NCBI GenBank assembly: GCA_043818055.1
Contig: JBDRGF010000014.1
Coordinates: 1 to 57,796, forward strand
Source: Pseudomonadota bacterium
Lineage (GTDB): Bacteria > UBA10199 > 2-02-FULL-44-16 > JBDRGF01
Direction of reading: 5' to 3'
Length of the DNA: 57,796 nucleotides
The notes under the pieces are model-generated. The model was not told where the DNA came from and did no database searches. It worked only from the letters and a program-made list of their open reading frames with translations. Of the stretch, positions 25,264 through 35,103 are shown piece by piece (positions within the stretch are counted from its first letter, which is position 1; each line of letters starts with the position of its first letter). Both the position numbers and the translations under genes were made by a program.

Positions 25264-27324
25264 ATGGATAAGGTGCCTGGTGACAAAGGTTTGAAGAAGA
25301 TATCCGGCAGAACAGGTTTTTCTCACAGAGGTGGTGCTTTAGTCACACTCGGCAGAAATGTTTCTGTTGATGCGATGAAGTTGGACAGATTTATAGGGGT
25401 GGTTAGAGAATATAACAAATATCTGAGAGTTCCTGTTAGTTCCTTATTTGTTCACAATCGAGGTATAAATAAGAGTTGGTTGGTTAAAACCAGAATGATC
25501 AACCTGGCTGGCAATGACAGCCTGACAGATAATCAGGCACATCGAGTGATGGGTAGGGCTATATTCTCTGAAAAATTCAGACATCCAAAGAGTAAGGAAA
25601 ATTTATTAAAATTGTATCTATTAGGCTTGAGCAATGGAGCTATTCAATATTTTCAAGGATTGGTAAAAAACGATATCGATGTGGAGAAATTTTTTATTTT
25701 GGCCAATCTAGCGTACCGAACTGCGGCAAAGGAATTTATAAGAAATTTTGTTAATGCTAATTTACCCCGGGAAATTAAGGAGTGGGGAAAACAGCTCTGG
25801 TTATTTATGAGGGATCGTATCTATGCCGGAAAGGTTCTTAATAAAAGTGTTAAGGATCCGTTTAAAAATGAAAAATTTAATTTGAAATATTTCGGTCAGG
25901 TGGATTCGGTAAAGTGTCTGACCAATGCCGTGCTCCTGTCGAATTTTGATCAAGCAAGAGAGTATATCGCAGGCAAGTTAAGCAGGAGTCGATATGGAGC
26001 ATATATCGATTTAAGGGATGTACTTGGATTGAACACAGAGCAGACAAAACGTTTTCAACGCAGCTTGGAGAGAGTGGCAAATAACTCAAAGCTGTCGAGT
26101 TATAAGAGGCTTTATGCCGCACACGTTCTCTCTCAATTGCCCGCTCCCAAATTCAGGGCCTTTGTGTTGAGTTGCCTTGAATCCAGGGATGTAAATATTG
26201 TCTATTTGGCTTTGGAGGTGATGAAAAAATATCATTATAAAAGAATCTCCTTTTATCGTAGCGATAACTTAAAGATCCTGAACATATATTTGAAATATTC
26301 CAGGTCAGGTAAAAAATGGCTGGCAACGCAAGCTCTAGCCGCCCTTCAGAAGAGGGGAGCTGTTGAAGATGTGGAAAAGGTATTAAAATATGGCCTCAAA
26401 CTATCCGGGGTTGATAAAGCAAAGCTGATCTCAAATATCGACATGTCTTATCATAAGGGATTGTTGATGTGGGAAAGGCGTAGGACATTATTTTCGCTTG
26501 TGAGATTGTTCAACAGGAATTCAGATCATAAAGTTAAAAATGCTGCGCTTGAAAAGTTGAGTCAATATTACTGGATGATGAGGTCGAGTTTTGGTTGGTA
26601 TAGAAAGGAGATCAGAATTGTAGAGAGATTTGTAAAAAGAATGTCTGAAAATCTTTTACAATATCCATTGGAGTTACAGGCCAACTATTGGAGGTTTTTT
26701 CTACACACTGATTTTGACAGGGCAGTGGATACTTTGAATCAAATCTATAAAAAATCCGACATATCTTTAAAAAGAAAAATAGCTATTTGGATTGGCGCTC
26801 TTCTTCCAGGGGGCTTTGCGTTTGAATTACTTGCTTCATGGCCTGAACTTCATATTTCGTATAAGCAGCGCTTCAGTCCAGCTCTTAGCAAAATAGCATC
26901 CACGTTTATCCTCTCGGATGATTGTAATTCTATCGTTACTATCGGCATAAAGTCTTTGATGTCAGCACAGAAGCTTCATATCAACAGAGATATAAAGGAT
27001 AGGCTGTGGAGGATGATCGAGATGCCATCAAGTTATGCAAGCATGGCGATGTTGGTGTTTTTAAAACATGGAATTTATCCTGAACGCTTTATAGATTATT
27101 TAGATAGAAATATAAAATACAGACCAGATTTGATTTTCTCCTTTTTTAATAAGGCTACGACTTGCGCTTTTAAAAGATGTTATTACATCGACGGTTTGGT
27201 CAAAAATCATGGAAAGAGTTTGGTTGGGTTGGCTCAAAAAGTTGTACGGTTAAACACTGAGAGATATGCGATTGAAGAGGCAAAACAATTTTTGATGGTA
27301 TACAAGAGGTTCAGGAAAAAATAA
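25264..27324 (+). CDS. Hypothetical basic alpha-helical protein, possibly HEAT-repeat-like
   Basis: ORF 25252..27324, ATG 25264 after GGAGG; helical Leu/Ala patterns (VYLALEVM, VKNAALEKL). Confidence 0.7.
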   Translation: MDKVPGDKGLKKISGRTGFSHRGGALVTLGRNVSVDAMKLDRFIGVVREYNKYLRVPVSSLFVHNRGINKSWLVKTRMINLAGNDSLTDNQAHRVMGRAIFSEKFRHPKSKENLLKLYLLGLSNGAIQYFQGLVKNDIDVEKFFILANLAYRTAAKEFIRNFVNANLPREIKEWGKQLWLFMRDRIYAGKVLNKSVKDPFKNEKFNLKYFGQVDSVKCLTNAVLLSNFDQAREYIAGKLSRSRYGAYIDLRDVLGLNTEQTKRFQRSLERVANNSKLSSYKRLYAAHVLSQLPAPKFRAFVLSCLESRDVNIVYLALEVMKKYHYKRISFYRSDNLKILNIYLKYSRSGKKWLATQALAALQKRGAVEDVEKVLKYGLKLSGVDKAKLISNIDMSYHKGLLMWERRRTLFSLVRLFNRNSDHKVKNAALEKLSQYYWMMRSSFGWYRKEIRIVERFVKRMSENLLQYPLELQANYWRFFLHTDFDRAVDTLNQIYKKSDISLKRKIAIWIGALLPGGFAFELLASWPELHISYKQRFSPALSKIASTFILSDDCNSIVTIGIKSLMSAQKLHINRDIKDRLWRMIEMPSSYASMAMLVFLKHGIYPERFIDYLDRNIKYRPDLIFSFFNKATTCAFKRCYYIDGLVKNHGKSLVGLAQKVVRLNTERYAIEEAKQFLMVYKRFRKK

Positions 27325-27380
27325 TTTAAACTGATTTAGATCAGATTGCTGTCAAAGTTTAAAATTGTCATTATCTGTAC

Positions 27381-27433
27381 TAGCCGCGACTTGATCTGAC
27401 AGCCGGAGCGACGGTCAGATCAAGTCGCGGCTA
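27381..27433. repeat. Perfect 20-bp inverted repeat (GTAG-type REP-like)
   Basis: tagccgcgacttgatctgac ... gtcagatcaagtcgcggcta. Confidence 0.85.
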
Positions 27434-27502
27434 CTATGTATAAATGTAAACAGCAAAAAAACTCTTGTTTCGCAACGAAATTGAATTTATTGAGGATATT
27501 AA

Positions 27503-27862
27503 ATGAAAAAAATTGGTTTCAGAACAGCTGGGATTCTTGCGATATTGTTATTTTTTTTATTGTCATTCAAGGCATATTCACAAGATGCTCAAGAACCATT
27601 GAATCAAATTGCTCAAATGCTAAAAAGTAACACCGATGCAGAAAATGGGTTAATCTTTGGTTACTCAGTTTGGGGATTGTTTGGGGCGTTTATTTTCAGC
27701 ATGGCAGGGCTTCTGGCTTTTAGATATGGCAGAAAGCAATCTGCAATAGCCCCAATCATAATTGGTATTGCCTTGATGCTATATCCATACTTTTTCAGTA
27801 GCACTTTAGCGATCTATTTGGTTGGAGTTGCTCTTGTTGGTTTGCTGTTTGTTTTTCGCTGA
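27503..27862 (+). CDS. Small membrane protein
   Basis: 119 aa; signal-like N-terminus and 3 TM segments; YGRKQ..LMLYPYF motif. Confidence 0.8.
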   Translation: MKKIGFRTAGILAILLFFLLSFKAYSQDAQEPLNQIAQMLKSNTDAENGLIFGYSVWGLFGAFIFSMAGLLAFRYGRKQSAIAPIIIGIALMLYPYFFSSTLAIYLVGVALVGLLFVFR

Positions 27863-28063
27863 CTATAAAAAAGGGGCTCAAGGCGATATTTGATGAAGGG
27901 ATGGCAGTTGTTGTGAATTCACCAATTCGAAAACTTCCCGCGGGCGCTTCTCCCAAAGAGGCTTATGTTGATCTAATTGAGAATCCATACATCTCTTTCA
28001 TACTGACAGGGACGCGAAATCACCTTGCCGAAACGCTGAATTATTTATCGAAGGAATAAAATT

Positions 28064-28351
28064 ATGAAAAAAGAAATTGTAAAAATTGAGGGGATCAACA
28101 ACAAGCCTGGAACATTTAATCATGTAGTAAAGGTAAACGGTTTCCTATTCCTATCCAGCCAGCTCTCTTGCGATTTAAAAACAGGAGAGACTATACATGG
28201 AAATATTAAGGAACAGACAAAACGGGCAATGGATAATATTAAATTTTTGATTGAGGGCGCAGAACCGTCCAAAGTTTCTATTCAGGCCCCTTCACCCGTG
28301 CCGGGGATTGATATTGAAATTGAGGCTACAACAGCATTAAGGAGCCTCTGA
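28064..28351 (+). pseudogene. RidA-family protein with internal deletion
   Basis: N-terminal (FLFLSSQ..EQTKRAMDNI) and C-terminal (IEIEA) RidA motifs joined without the central ~30-35 aa. Confidence 0.7.
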
Positions 28352-28398
28352 AAGATTCAACAATATCATTCCAGTGAAAGAGCCTCCCCTCCTTTGTA

Positions 28399-28507
28399 GA
28401 GGCTGTTGCTGAACTGAAATGTAGGGGCAACCCCCCGTGGTTGCCCTCTTATAAGTGCAGGTTTAAAACCTGCCCCCACACATTAACACAAGTTCGGCAA
28501 CCGGCTC
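28399..28507. repeat. MITE-like unit with two GTAG-type REP hairpins
   Basis: Imperfect outer IR gaggctgttgctgaact / agttcggcaaccggctc; inner gtaggggcaaccccccgtggttgccct and gcaggtttaaaacctgc. Confidence 0.6.
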
Positions 28508-28550
28508 GGAAGCAGGAACTACATCATAAAATTACAGGTTTTTAGAGATT

Positions 28551-28804
28551 TATCGAACCATGCCGTAAGGTGCGATACGCTCGATTTATATAATAATTTG
28601 ATATTAATGGCTTTATTGATAAAAAGGAGTTGTTAAAAGGTTCGGTAGGTTCGGTAATCTTAAAAATATCAATTGTCATTCTTTGAAATTATGTTAAAAT
28701 ATCGAACCATAAGGAATGTTCGATAAAACAACTTTATATTATATTCATAAATATCAAATAGTTATTAAATTATCCTTGTTTATTAAGGTTCGGTAGGTTC
28801 GATA
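28551..28804. promoter_or_regulatory. Duplicated operator-like boxes upstream of the fic gene
   Basis: TATCGAACCAT at 28551 and 28700; AAGGTTCGGTAGGTTCG at 28637 and 28785. Confidence 0.6.
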
Positions 28805-28809
28805 ATAAT

Positions 28810-29835
28810 ATGGAAATTACTAACATCAAAAAAGAGCTCGAGCAGTTGCGAAATAAACGTGGCCGCCTGATTCATGTTTCAAATGTTGAATGGTACTCAT
28901 TATTTAAAGACGAAATTCGCAACTCGATTGCGATAGAGGGACTATTTACAAACAGGAACGATCTTATCGAGGTGCTTGAAAAGAACAAACGAACTGATAA
29001 GCATAAGGCTGCGGCAATTCTGGGATACTTTGAATCTGCATCAGCTGTCTATGAATACGCGGCAAATCAATACAGAGAAAAAGAGTTTTCAATGCGCATG
29101 TCCGATATAAAACAGATTCACACACTGCTCATGCGCTATGAAAAAGAGATGGAATTTTACGAAGGAGAGATAGGAGAATTTCGCAATAAAACAGTTGAAG
29201 TTACACTATCCACCTTCACTCCCATCAATGAATTTTACGTGAGATCAGCAATGGAACTTCTGGTGAAGTGGGTCAGTCATCATTTACAAACTAACGTCTA
29301 CTCACCGGTGAGATTGGCTGCAATGGCACATGTCTGGTTTGAATCTATCCATCCATTTCGTGATGGAAATGGCAGATCTGGCAGAATACTTTTATCATAT
29401 CTGCTTATAGGATTCGGGTTGATCAATATTGCGATCAAGGGGGTCTCAAAAAAAGATCGCGATCACTACTATGATGCCCTCGAAAAGGCTGATGATGATT
29501 TTGAGGAAATAAACCGGAAGATTGAAAAAGGAGAGAACGTCAGTGTTAAGGATGTAGATCAATACATCCATAAAGACAATTTTGATGAATTCGTGTCTAT
29601 TGTTGTTAATAGTCTTGAAAACGCCACAACTCGACTTAAAAAAATCGATGTGGATAGCATTGACAAGAATGCCAAATTGCCGCTTGGTGACCTTGCACAT
29701 CTTTATAATTATTCACCAGACTATCTTAGGAATTTAGTCAATCGGGGAAAGCTGAAGGGTCAGAAAAAAGGAAAAACCTGGTATGTGCGCATAAAAGATC
29801 TGGCCGATTATATAGAGCAGATTAACGAAGAATGA
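28810..29835 (+). CDS. Fic-domain protein with C-terminal excisionase/MerR-like HTH
   Basis: HPFRDGNGRSGR; SIAIEG inhibitory-type motif near the N-terminus; C-terminal YSPDYLRNLVNRGKLKGQKKGKTWYV. Confidence 0.92.
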   Translation: MEITNIKKELEQLRNKRGRLIHVSNVEWYSLFKDEIRNSIAIEGLFTNRNDLIEVLEKNKRTDKHKAAAILGYFESASAVYEYAANQYREKEFSMRMSDIKQIHTLLMRYEKEMEFYEGEIGEFRNKTVEVTLSTFTPINEFYVRSAMELLVKWVSHHLQTNVYSPVRLAAMAHVWFESIHPFRDGNGRSGRILLSYLLIGFGLINIAIKGVSKKDRDHYYDALEKADDDFEEINRKIEKGENVSVKDVDQYIHKDNFDEFVSIVVNSLENATTRLKKIDVDSIDKNAKLPLGDLAHLYNYSPDYLRNLVNRGKLKGQKKGKTWYVRIKDLADYIEQINEE

Positions 29836-29872
29836 TAGACCAGTGTTTCGTTAGTTAGACTATGAGGAAGTT

Positions 29873-30247
29873 ATGAGTGACAATGAAAACATTGTCAAAA
29901 AGCTCTGGGAAATATTTGATAAGAGGCGATTTGCAAAAGTCAGACCTTTGTTGAGCCAAAACTTTGAATGTACATGGCCTCAATCGCAGGAGATTATCAG
30001 AGGAGCAGATAATTTTATTGCACTAAATGAGAATTATCCGGGTAAATGGGCTATCGAATGTAAGAGAGTAGTAAGTTGTGGAGATGAAGCCGTGTCCGAA
30101 GTCGAACTGACAAACAATGGTCAAAAGGTGTATGCCACGTCATTTTTTGAAATTGAAAACGGGAAAATTTTTAGACTGACTGAATATTGGAGCGAGCCCT
30201 ATCCCGCTCCAGAATGGCGGGCTAAGTGGGTGGAAAGAACAAAGTAA
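29873..30247 (+). CDS. SnoaL/NTF2-like protein
   Basis: WPQSQEIIRG..YPG..SFFE..GKI..EYW..APEWR pattern. Confidence 0.85.
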   Translation: MSDNENIVKKLWEIFDKRRFAKVRPLLSQNFECTWPQSQEIIRGADNFIALNENYPGKWAIECKRVVSCGDEAVSEVELTNNGQKVYATSFFEIENGKIFRLTEYWSEPYPAPEWRAKWVERTK

Positions 30248-30308
30248 AAAACACCGACAGAGGGAAAAACAGCGTCTGATTTTGGCTTCGTCTGGGCTTG
30301 TCAAACGT

Positions 30309-30515
30309 TTGGCTAACCTCGTTTCTAAGAATATCAAGAAGTAAAAAGAACAAGCAGGCTTAACTCAGGAAGAGTTAGCGGAAAAAGCCCATTTTCACAT
30401 CAAGTATTATCAACGCTTAGAAAGCTCAAAAACTAACGTGACGATCAAAGCTCTTAGCAAGGTTGCCAAAGCTTTGAGTGTATATCCTAGAGTATTTTTT
30501 GATCCGTTGAGGTAG
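30309..30515 (+). pseudogene. XRE-family HTH regulator with in-frame stop (not in ORF track)
   Basis: LANLVSKNIKK*KEQAGLTQEELAEKAHFHIKYYQRLESSKTNVTIKALSKVAKALSV; TAA at 30342-30344. Confidence 0.8.
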
Positions 30516-30527
30516 TTTTTGTAGGCC

Positions 30528-30947
30528 CTAACCAACTTTTTCTTCAACAATAATCAGAGCTTGTTCAACTCTCTCGGAATATATTTCTTTATTTGCCTTT
30601 TTTAATGTAAGTTCAAAACCAAGTTTTCCAGGAGAAATGGGTAATCCCTCTGCTATTAGAGAAATGTTTAACATTGTTTTTCCCTCATCCATTATTACTT
30701 TGCCAATAATTGACTTTAACTTTTGTCCTAAAATTTGAAATGTAAAACAAAAGCTATCAGGACGTTCATCATTTTCATTGAATATAAGGCGCAAATAAAT
30801 AGCTAATCGGAGTGGTTTAGGCCATTTTACTTCCAAAGCTTTGGGTACTTTTATTATCAGTCGATCTGCATACAGTCCCATTAATGAGAATTTATTGTGC
30901 AGTTCGTTCCTAATATCATCACACAGTATATAGTTATCAAGCTTCAT
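30528..30947 (-). CDS. Beta-rich hypothetical protein (DUF6941-like), third gene of TA module
   Basis: ILCDDIRNE..KFSLMGLY N-terminal motif; start overlaps the antitoxin stop. Confidence 0.75.
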   Translation of the reverse strand: MKLDNYILCDDIRNELHNKFSLMGLYADRLIIKVPKALEVKWPKPLRLAIYLRLIFNENDERPDSFCFTFQILGQKLKSIIGKVIMDEGKTMLNISLIAEGLPISPGKLGFELTLKKANKEIYSERVEQALIIVEEKVG

Positions 30948-31542
30948 ATTTTATGTTCTCCTCTTTTTCATGTTCCCCAATCTGATATATCGTTGGTTTT
31001 TCTTTACGTTGAAACTCAAATATACCTGTAATCCCTGAGCTGTTGCTTTCAATAAGAAACTCCCCAGTTAAACCTTTTGCCCCCTCTATCGTACGATTAA
31101 TAAGGTGCAAACCCTCTCTTAGTAATGTGGTTTTTGCTATTCTATCATTAAACTTACTGGCAGCAACTTGCGCAATCCACGGATAAGTGTAAACCGTTCT
31201 CAGTAATGCAAGAGCTGTTGCAGAAAATTCTCCATTTTTCCACCTAGTTAATGTTCGTGTTGGTAATTCAAATGCCCTTTCAAAAAAAGCCATTGATATG
31301 CCTTGTATGTTTGTCAAGGTCTCTATCATATTCTTCATTGAAACAATTTGAGCAGTTTTATAGGCTTCTAAAAATTTTGAATCATTTACAAGTGCAAAAT
31401 CACCTTGTTCTCCACAAGTTTTACATAAATATATATCTTGTTCATAACTGAAATTAGGCCCTGCTGTGAGCATTGAAGTTTCACTGCATACTTGCTTTTT
31501 TACTTCACTTGAACCACAAACCGGACATTTAATTCTACTCAT
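30937..31542 (-). CDS. MqsA-like antitoxin (Zn ribbon + HTH) with C-terminal extension
   Basis: CPVC..CKTC zinc ribbon; HTH FERAFELPTRTLTRWKNG; ~70-80 aa tail. Confidence 0.8.
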   Translation of the reverse strand: MSRIKCPVCGSSEVKKQVCSETSMLTAGPNFSYEQDIYLCKTCGEQGDFALVNDSKFLEAYKTAQIVSMKNMIETLTNIQGISMAFFERAFELPTRTLTRWKNGEFSATALALLRTVYTYPWIAQVAASKFNDRIAKTTLLREGLHLINRTIEGAKGLTGEFLIESNSSGITGIFEFQRKEKPTIYQIGEHEKEENIKYEA

Positions 31543-31937
31543 TTCTTACCTCCAAATATTGCCCTTAAAGGTTCAGCAAAAGGAAGATTTCTAGGATCAG
31601 GTTTGTCATTCTTTTTAAAGGATTTGATAAACCATTTTTTAAATTTTAGCTGAAAGAGAAAAGCTAAATATCCATAGTCCAAACCTGAAAAGAAATTATA
31701 TGAATCAACCATTATAGGATTTTTGGGGTCCGGATTCTTAATCCATCTTTCAGTGTTTGCAAATTTAGGTGACTCCAAACCGCCATTACCTATAAAGGAC
31801 AGAACCTTGTCTTGAGTATAAAGATTAAAGTCAAGTTTTGCAGTTTTCATAGCTTCATCCAGAACAAGTGCACTTTTATTTCCTATATTGCAGGCGATTA
31901 CAAATTGACTTAGATCATAGCTTGCGCGCTTTGCCAT
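31539..31937 (-). CDS. MqsR-like RNase toxin
   Basis: N-terminal KRASYDLS, C-terminal IKSFKK; ATGA overlap with the downstream Zn-HTH gene. Confidence 0.65.
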   Translation of the reverse strand: MAKRASYDLSQFVIACNIGNKSALVLDEAMKTAKLDFNLYTQDKVLSFIGNGGLESPKFANTERWIKNPDPKNPIMVDSYNFFSGLDYGYLAFLFQLKFKKWFIKSFKKNDKPDPRNLPFAEPLRAIFGGKK

Positions 31938-32120
31938 TATTTACTTTCTTTGGAGAAATTCATATTATCTATATATTTGGTAATGATACGTAACATATTA
32001 TAATGGATCATGCAACGCTAAATAACATATATAAAATATGAGCGAATGCATGTATTTAACTGTTTGATATTATTGATTAAAATTTTAATATTCAGGAAGT
32101 AGTTTATATATTTTGTGACA

Positions 32121-32471
32121 TCAATTATCTGTGTTCAATATCATTGAGTCAACCGGTTGCCCTTTTTTGACATCTTTTTTTGATTTAAGCTTTAAACTAG
32201 CCTTATAAACAGAAACCTTTAGTCTTTCTTTGTCTATGTTAACTGCCAGTGCATCTGCATCACGAGTAAATCGCTGACTGCCCGCAATTTTCAAAAGCAC
32301 AAAACCGCCCTTGAAAATTATATGATTTGATAATTCTTTGTGTTGCTCAATGCGGGCAATAGCTCTTTCCAATGCTACGATAACTCTCAGTTTGTTGATA
32401 TGATAACTAGAATCTTCAGCCGAAAGCTGTTTAAGCCTGCGACGTATATGTTTTGCTCTTTCATCATTCAT
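32121..32471 (-). pseudogene. AbiEii nucleotidyltransferase toxin, truncated
   Basis: MNDERAK..LERAIARI..IFKGGFVL..RFTRDAD; ends after ~100 aa. Confidence 0.85.
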
Positions 32472-32675
32472 TGTGAAAGCGCCTCGATGTATGATCGTAT
32501 ACGATGTTCGACTTTCATTTTTTTTTGCCATGTCATACAGCTTGCCAAGTTTAACCTTTTTCTGTGATACAGCTTTTTTCAGGGCTGATAATGCCACTTG
32601 AGATCCGACGATTTGTTTATATACTAAACAATCAATAAGCGTGCGTTCAATTGTCGTAATCCAATAAGCTTTTGT
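32468..32675 (-). pseudogene. AbiEi antitoxin C-terminal remnant, frameshifted
   Basis: WITTIERTLIDC..VALSALKK..YDMAKK then -KVEHRIRSYIEAL* in another frame across an A9 run (32518-32526). Confidence 0.75.
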
Positions 32676-32754
32676 TTTATTTATAAGGATGACATAGTAT
32701 TTAAGTCATGTGTCACCAAAATTGATTATCAAGGTTTCCCTCTACGATTCACTA

Positions 32755-33408
32755 TTAAAGATCACTCACCGGATTGAATATCCACCAACTGTTTTTAATT
32801 TCTTTATTAGTTAATGGATCGACATTTTTGCCTCTGAATACCAGTAAAGGATAACCTACTAACTCTTCAGTTATTGGATTGATTATTTCCTTTATTATTT
32901 TTAAAATATTCATTGAATCATCTGAGTTCCCTCTCGCAGTCAACTCTTCCACAGTTGCGTAGCGCCTTTCCCACAAATACCACAAAAGCTGTTCACTCAT
33001 GCTATCCAACTTATCTGCGATCTTGCATAATCGTTCCTCGGTAAGCTGTTCAGGAAAGGCCCGAATGCGTATAAGCCGCTCCCATGTAGCGAGATCATTT
33101 ACAACAAGCCATACTTTCTGACTCTTACCCTCATTAGTGCATTGCATCTGTAGCGTCCTCTTGATTGTAAAAGCAAAGGGGCGTTCATTATACTCCAAAT
33201 TGTTCATCGACTTATAGGAATAGGACCAGAGCACTATCCGTTCTTTGGAAAATATCAGGGTGCGATCAGAGGCCTGCCAGACTCCCATCTGCCACCTATT
33301 TTTTTCTGCGGTTAAAAGCCCCCCTGGAGATTCTAATAACATTCTTTCTCCATGGTGAAGCGGTAACTCAACCCTTTTTTTTTCTCTTCCACTTTTCATA
33401 GACGACAT
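32755..33408 (-). CDS. Hypothetical protein, PH-like plus winged-helix-like, last gene of gvp cluster
   Basis: 217 aa; GxWxxSDRTLIF; LLWYLWERRYATVEEL. Confidence 0.65.
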   Translation of the reverse strand: MSSMKSGREKKRVELPLHHGERMLLESPGGLLTAEKNRWQMGVWQASDRTLIFSKERIVLWSYSYKSMNNLEYNERPFAFTIKRTLQMQCTNEGKSQKVWLVVNDLATWERLIRIRAFPEQLTEERLCKIADKLDSMSEQLLWYLWERRYATVEELTARGNSDDSMNILKIIKEIINPITEELVGYPLLVFRGKNVDPLTNKEIKNSWWIFNPVSDL

Positions 33409-35101
33409 CCATATAGTCCTTTATTTTCTGGGTCATTGTTTCTATCTCTTCAGACTTGCTGGTATCAATAATATCCATGGCCTCTTTGATAATATTATCA
33501 ATTTTTATATATACCTCTGTTCCTTTGCAAATATTCATCTCTTCAATAGATTCCTTAAGACCTTGAACCACTCTATCCAATTCTACTCTTGCTATAATAT
33601 TATTCCTAGTCTCCTCATCACTATCACGATGCTGCTCTGCCTCGATAATCAATTTCTCAATATCATCTCTGCTCAGTCGATCTGAATGGACGGTCATCTC
33701 TTTTTCCGAGCCACTATAAACATCTTCAGCCTGTACATTTAAAATACCATTCACATCCACGGAAAAGGTGACGTTGATCTTGGGCACGCCTTTAGGAGCA
33801 TCGGGAACACCTGTTAATGTAAAATCACCCAAGGATATGTTGTCCTTAACTAAAGCCCTCTCACCTTGAAGAACATGAATATCCACTTCAGATTGACTAT
33901 CCTCAGCAGTGGTGAATATCCTATCTTTAGAAGTAGGAATCTTGCTGTTGCGTTCAATCAGTTTAGTAAATATCGCTCCTTGGGTTTCCAACCCCAATGA
34001 AAGAGGAATCACATCTACCAGCACAATATTCTTAAGTGAACCAGTAAGTACACCGGCCTGAACTGCTGCACCAATTGCAATAACCTTATCGGGATCGATA
34101 TCCACAAAGGGTGACTGGCCTGTGAATTCAGCCACGCGGCTCCGAACCATTGGCATCCTGGTAGCTCCTCCTACTAGAATTACCTTATCCAAAACCTTCA
34201 CATCGATACCCGCATCCTTTAAGGCCTGTCGAGCAGGGTGAATTAATCTCTCACATAGGTGGCTAGTTAATTTTTTGAATTTGGATCTATCTATAGATAT
34301 CCTGTTTGAATTACAATGCTCCCCCACATTCACTGTGGAGGGTAAATTTACAAATGTCGATTCATCGTCAGTAAGCTCTATTTTGGCATTCTCTGCTGCT
34401 GTAGAAAGGCGTTGCAATGCCACTGGATCTTTCCCTATCTCACTTCCAACTCTAGCCTTAAATTCTTCCTTAAAATGTCCTACTAAAACATCTCTCCAAT
34501 CATCTCCTCCCAACTTCATATCACCACAGGTCGATTTGACCTCATAAACGCCGCTTGCAAATTCTAAAATAGATACATCGAAGGTCCCTCCACCCAGATC
34601 CCAAACCATCACCAACTCGCCCTCCTTCTGGTCCAACCCGTAGGCTAAAGTTGCAGCTGTCGGTTCATTTATAATCCTCAAGACTTTAAGCCCAGCAATC
34701 TCAGCAGCATCTTTTGTCGCCTGCCTTGCTATATCGCTAAAATAGGCGGGTACGGTGACAACAGCTTCTCTTATTTTTTCACCCAGATACATTTCGGCAT
34801 CTTTTTTTAATTTACCTAATACAAATGACGAGATCGTCGTAGGTGTGTATTTGCGCCCATGAAGAGTACAGGTATAACTTGTTCCCATCTTTCTTTTAAT
34901 GGAGGCAACTGTATTTTCTGGTTCAAAAACGGCACGAGATTTGGCAAGATTTCCTACAAAGAGATGTCCCTCCTTATCGAATCCAACAATAGAAGGCGTA
35001 AGAGATTCGCCTTCAGCATTTGGAATGATAGTGGGAACACCATCTTTAATGTATGCCATCACACTGTATGTTGTTCCAAGATCTATTCCAATTACGGTCA
35101 T
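33368..35101 (-). CDS. dnaK: Hsp70/DnaK-family chaperone (cluster-specific paralog)
   Basis: GIDLGTTYS, TVPAYF, NEPTAA, DLGGGTFDVS, LVGGATRMP. Confidence 0.93.
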   Translation of the reverse strand: MTVIGIDLGTTYSVMAYIKDGVPTIIPNAEGESLTPSIVGFDKEGHLFVGNLAKSRAVFEPENTVASIKRKMGTSYTCTLHGRKYTPTTISSFVLGKLKKDAEMYLGEKIREAVVTVPAYFSDIARQATKDAAEIAGLKVLRIINEPTAATLAYGLDQKEGELVMVWDLGGGTFDVSILEFASGVYEVKSTCGDMKLGGDDWRDVLVGHFKEEFKARVGSEIGKDPVALQRLSTAAENAKIELTDDESTFVNLPSTVNVGEHCNSNRISIDRSKFKKLTSHLCERLIHPARQALKDAGIDVKVLDKVILVGGATRMPMVRSRVAEFTGQSPFVDIDPDKVIAIGAAVQAGVLTGSLKNIVLVDVIPLSLGLETQGAIFTKLIERNSKIPTSKDRIFTTAEDSQSEVDIHVLQGERALVKDNISLGDFTLTGVPDAPKGVPKINVTFSVDVNGILNVQAEDVYSGSEKEMTVHSDRLSRDDIEKLIIEAEQHRDSDEETRNNIIARVELDRVVQGLKESIEEMNICKGTEVYIKIDNIIKEAMDIIDTSKSEEIETMTQKIKDYMDVVYEKWKRKKKG

Positions 35102-35103
35102 TG

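Noticed and set aside
28551..28804. CRISPR array
   Set aside because: Only two units, short boxes, no repeat-spacer periodicity and no cas genes
32121..32597. 158-aa ORF as a real gene
   Set aside because: Chimera of frameshifted AbiEi and truncated AbiEii
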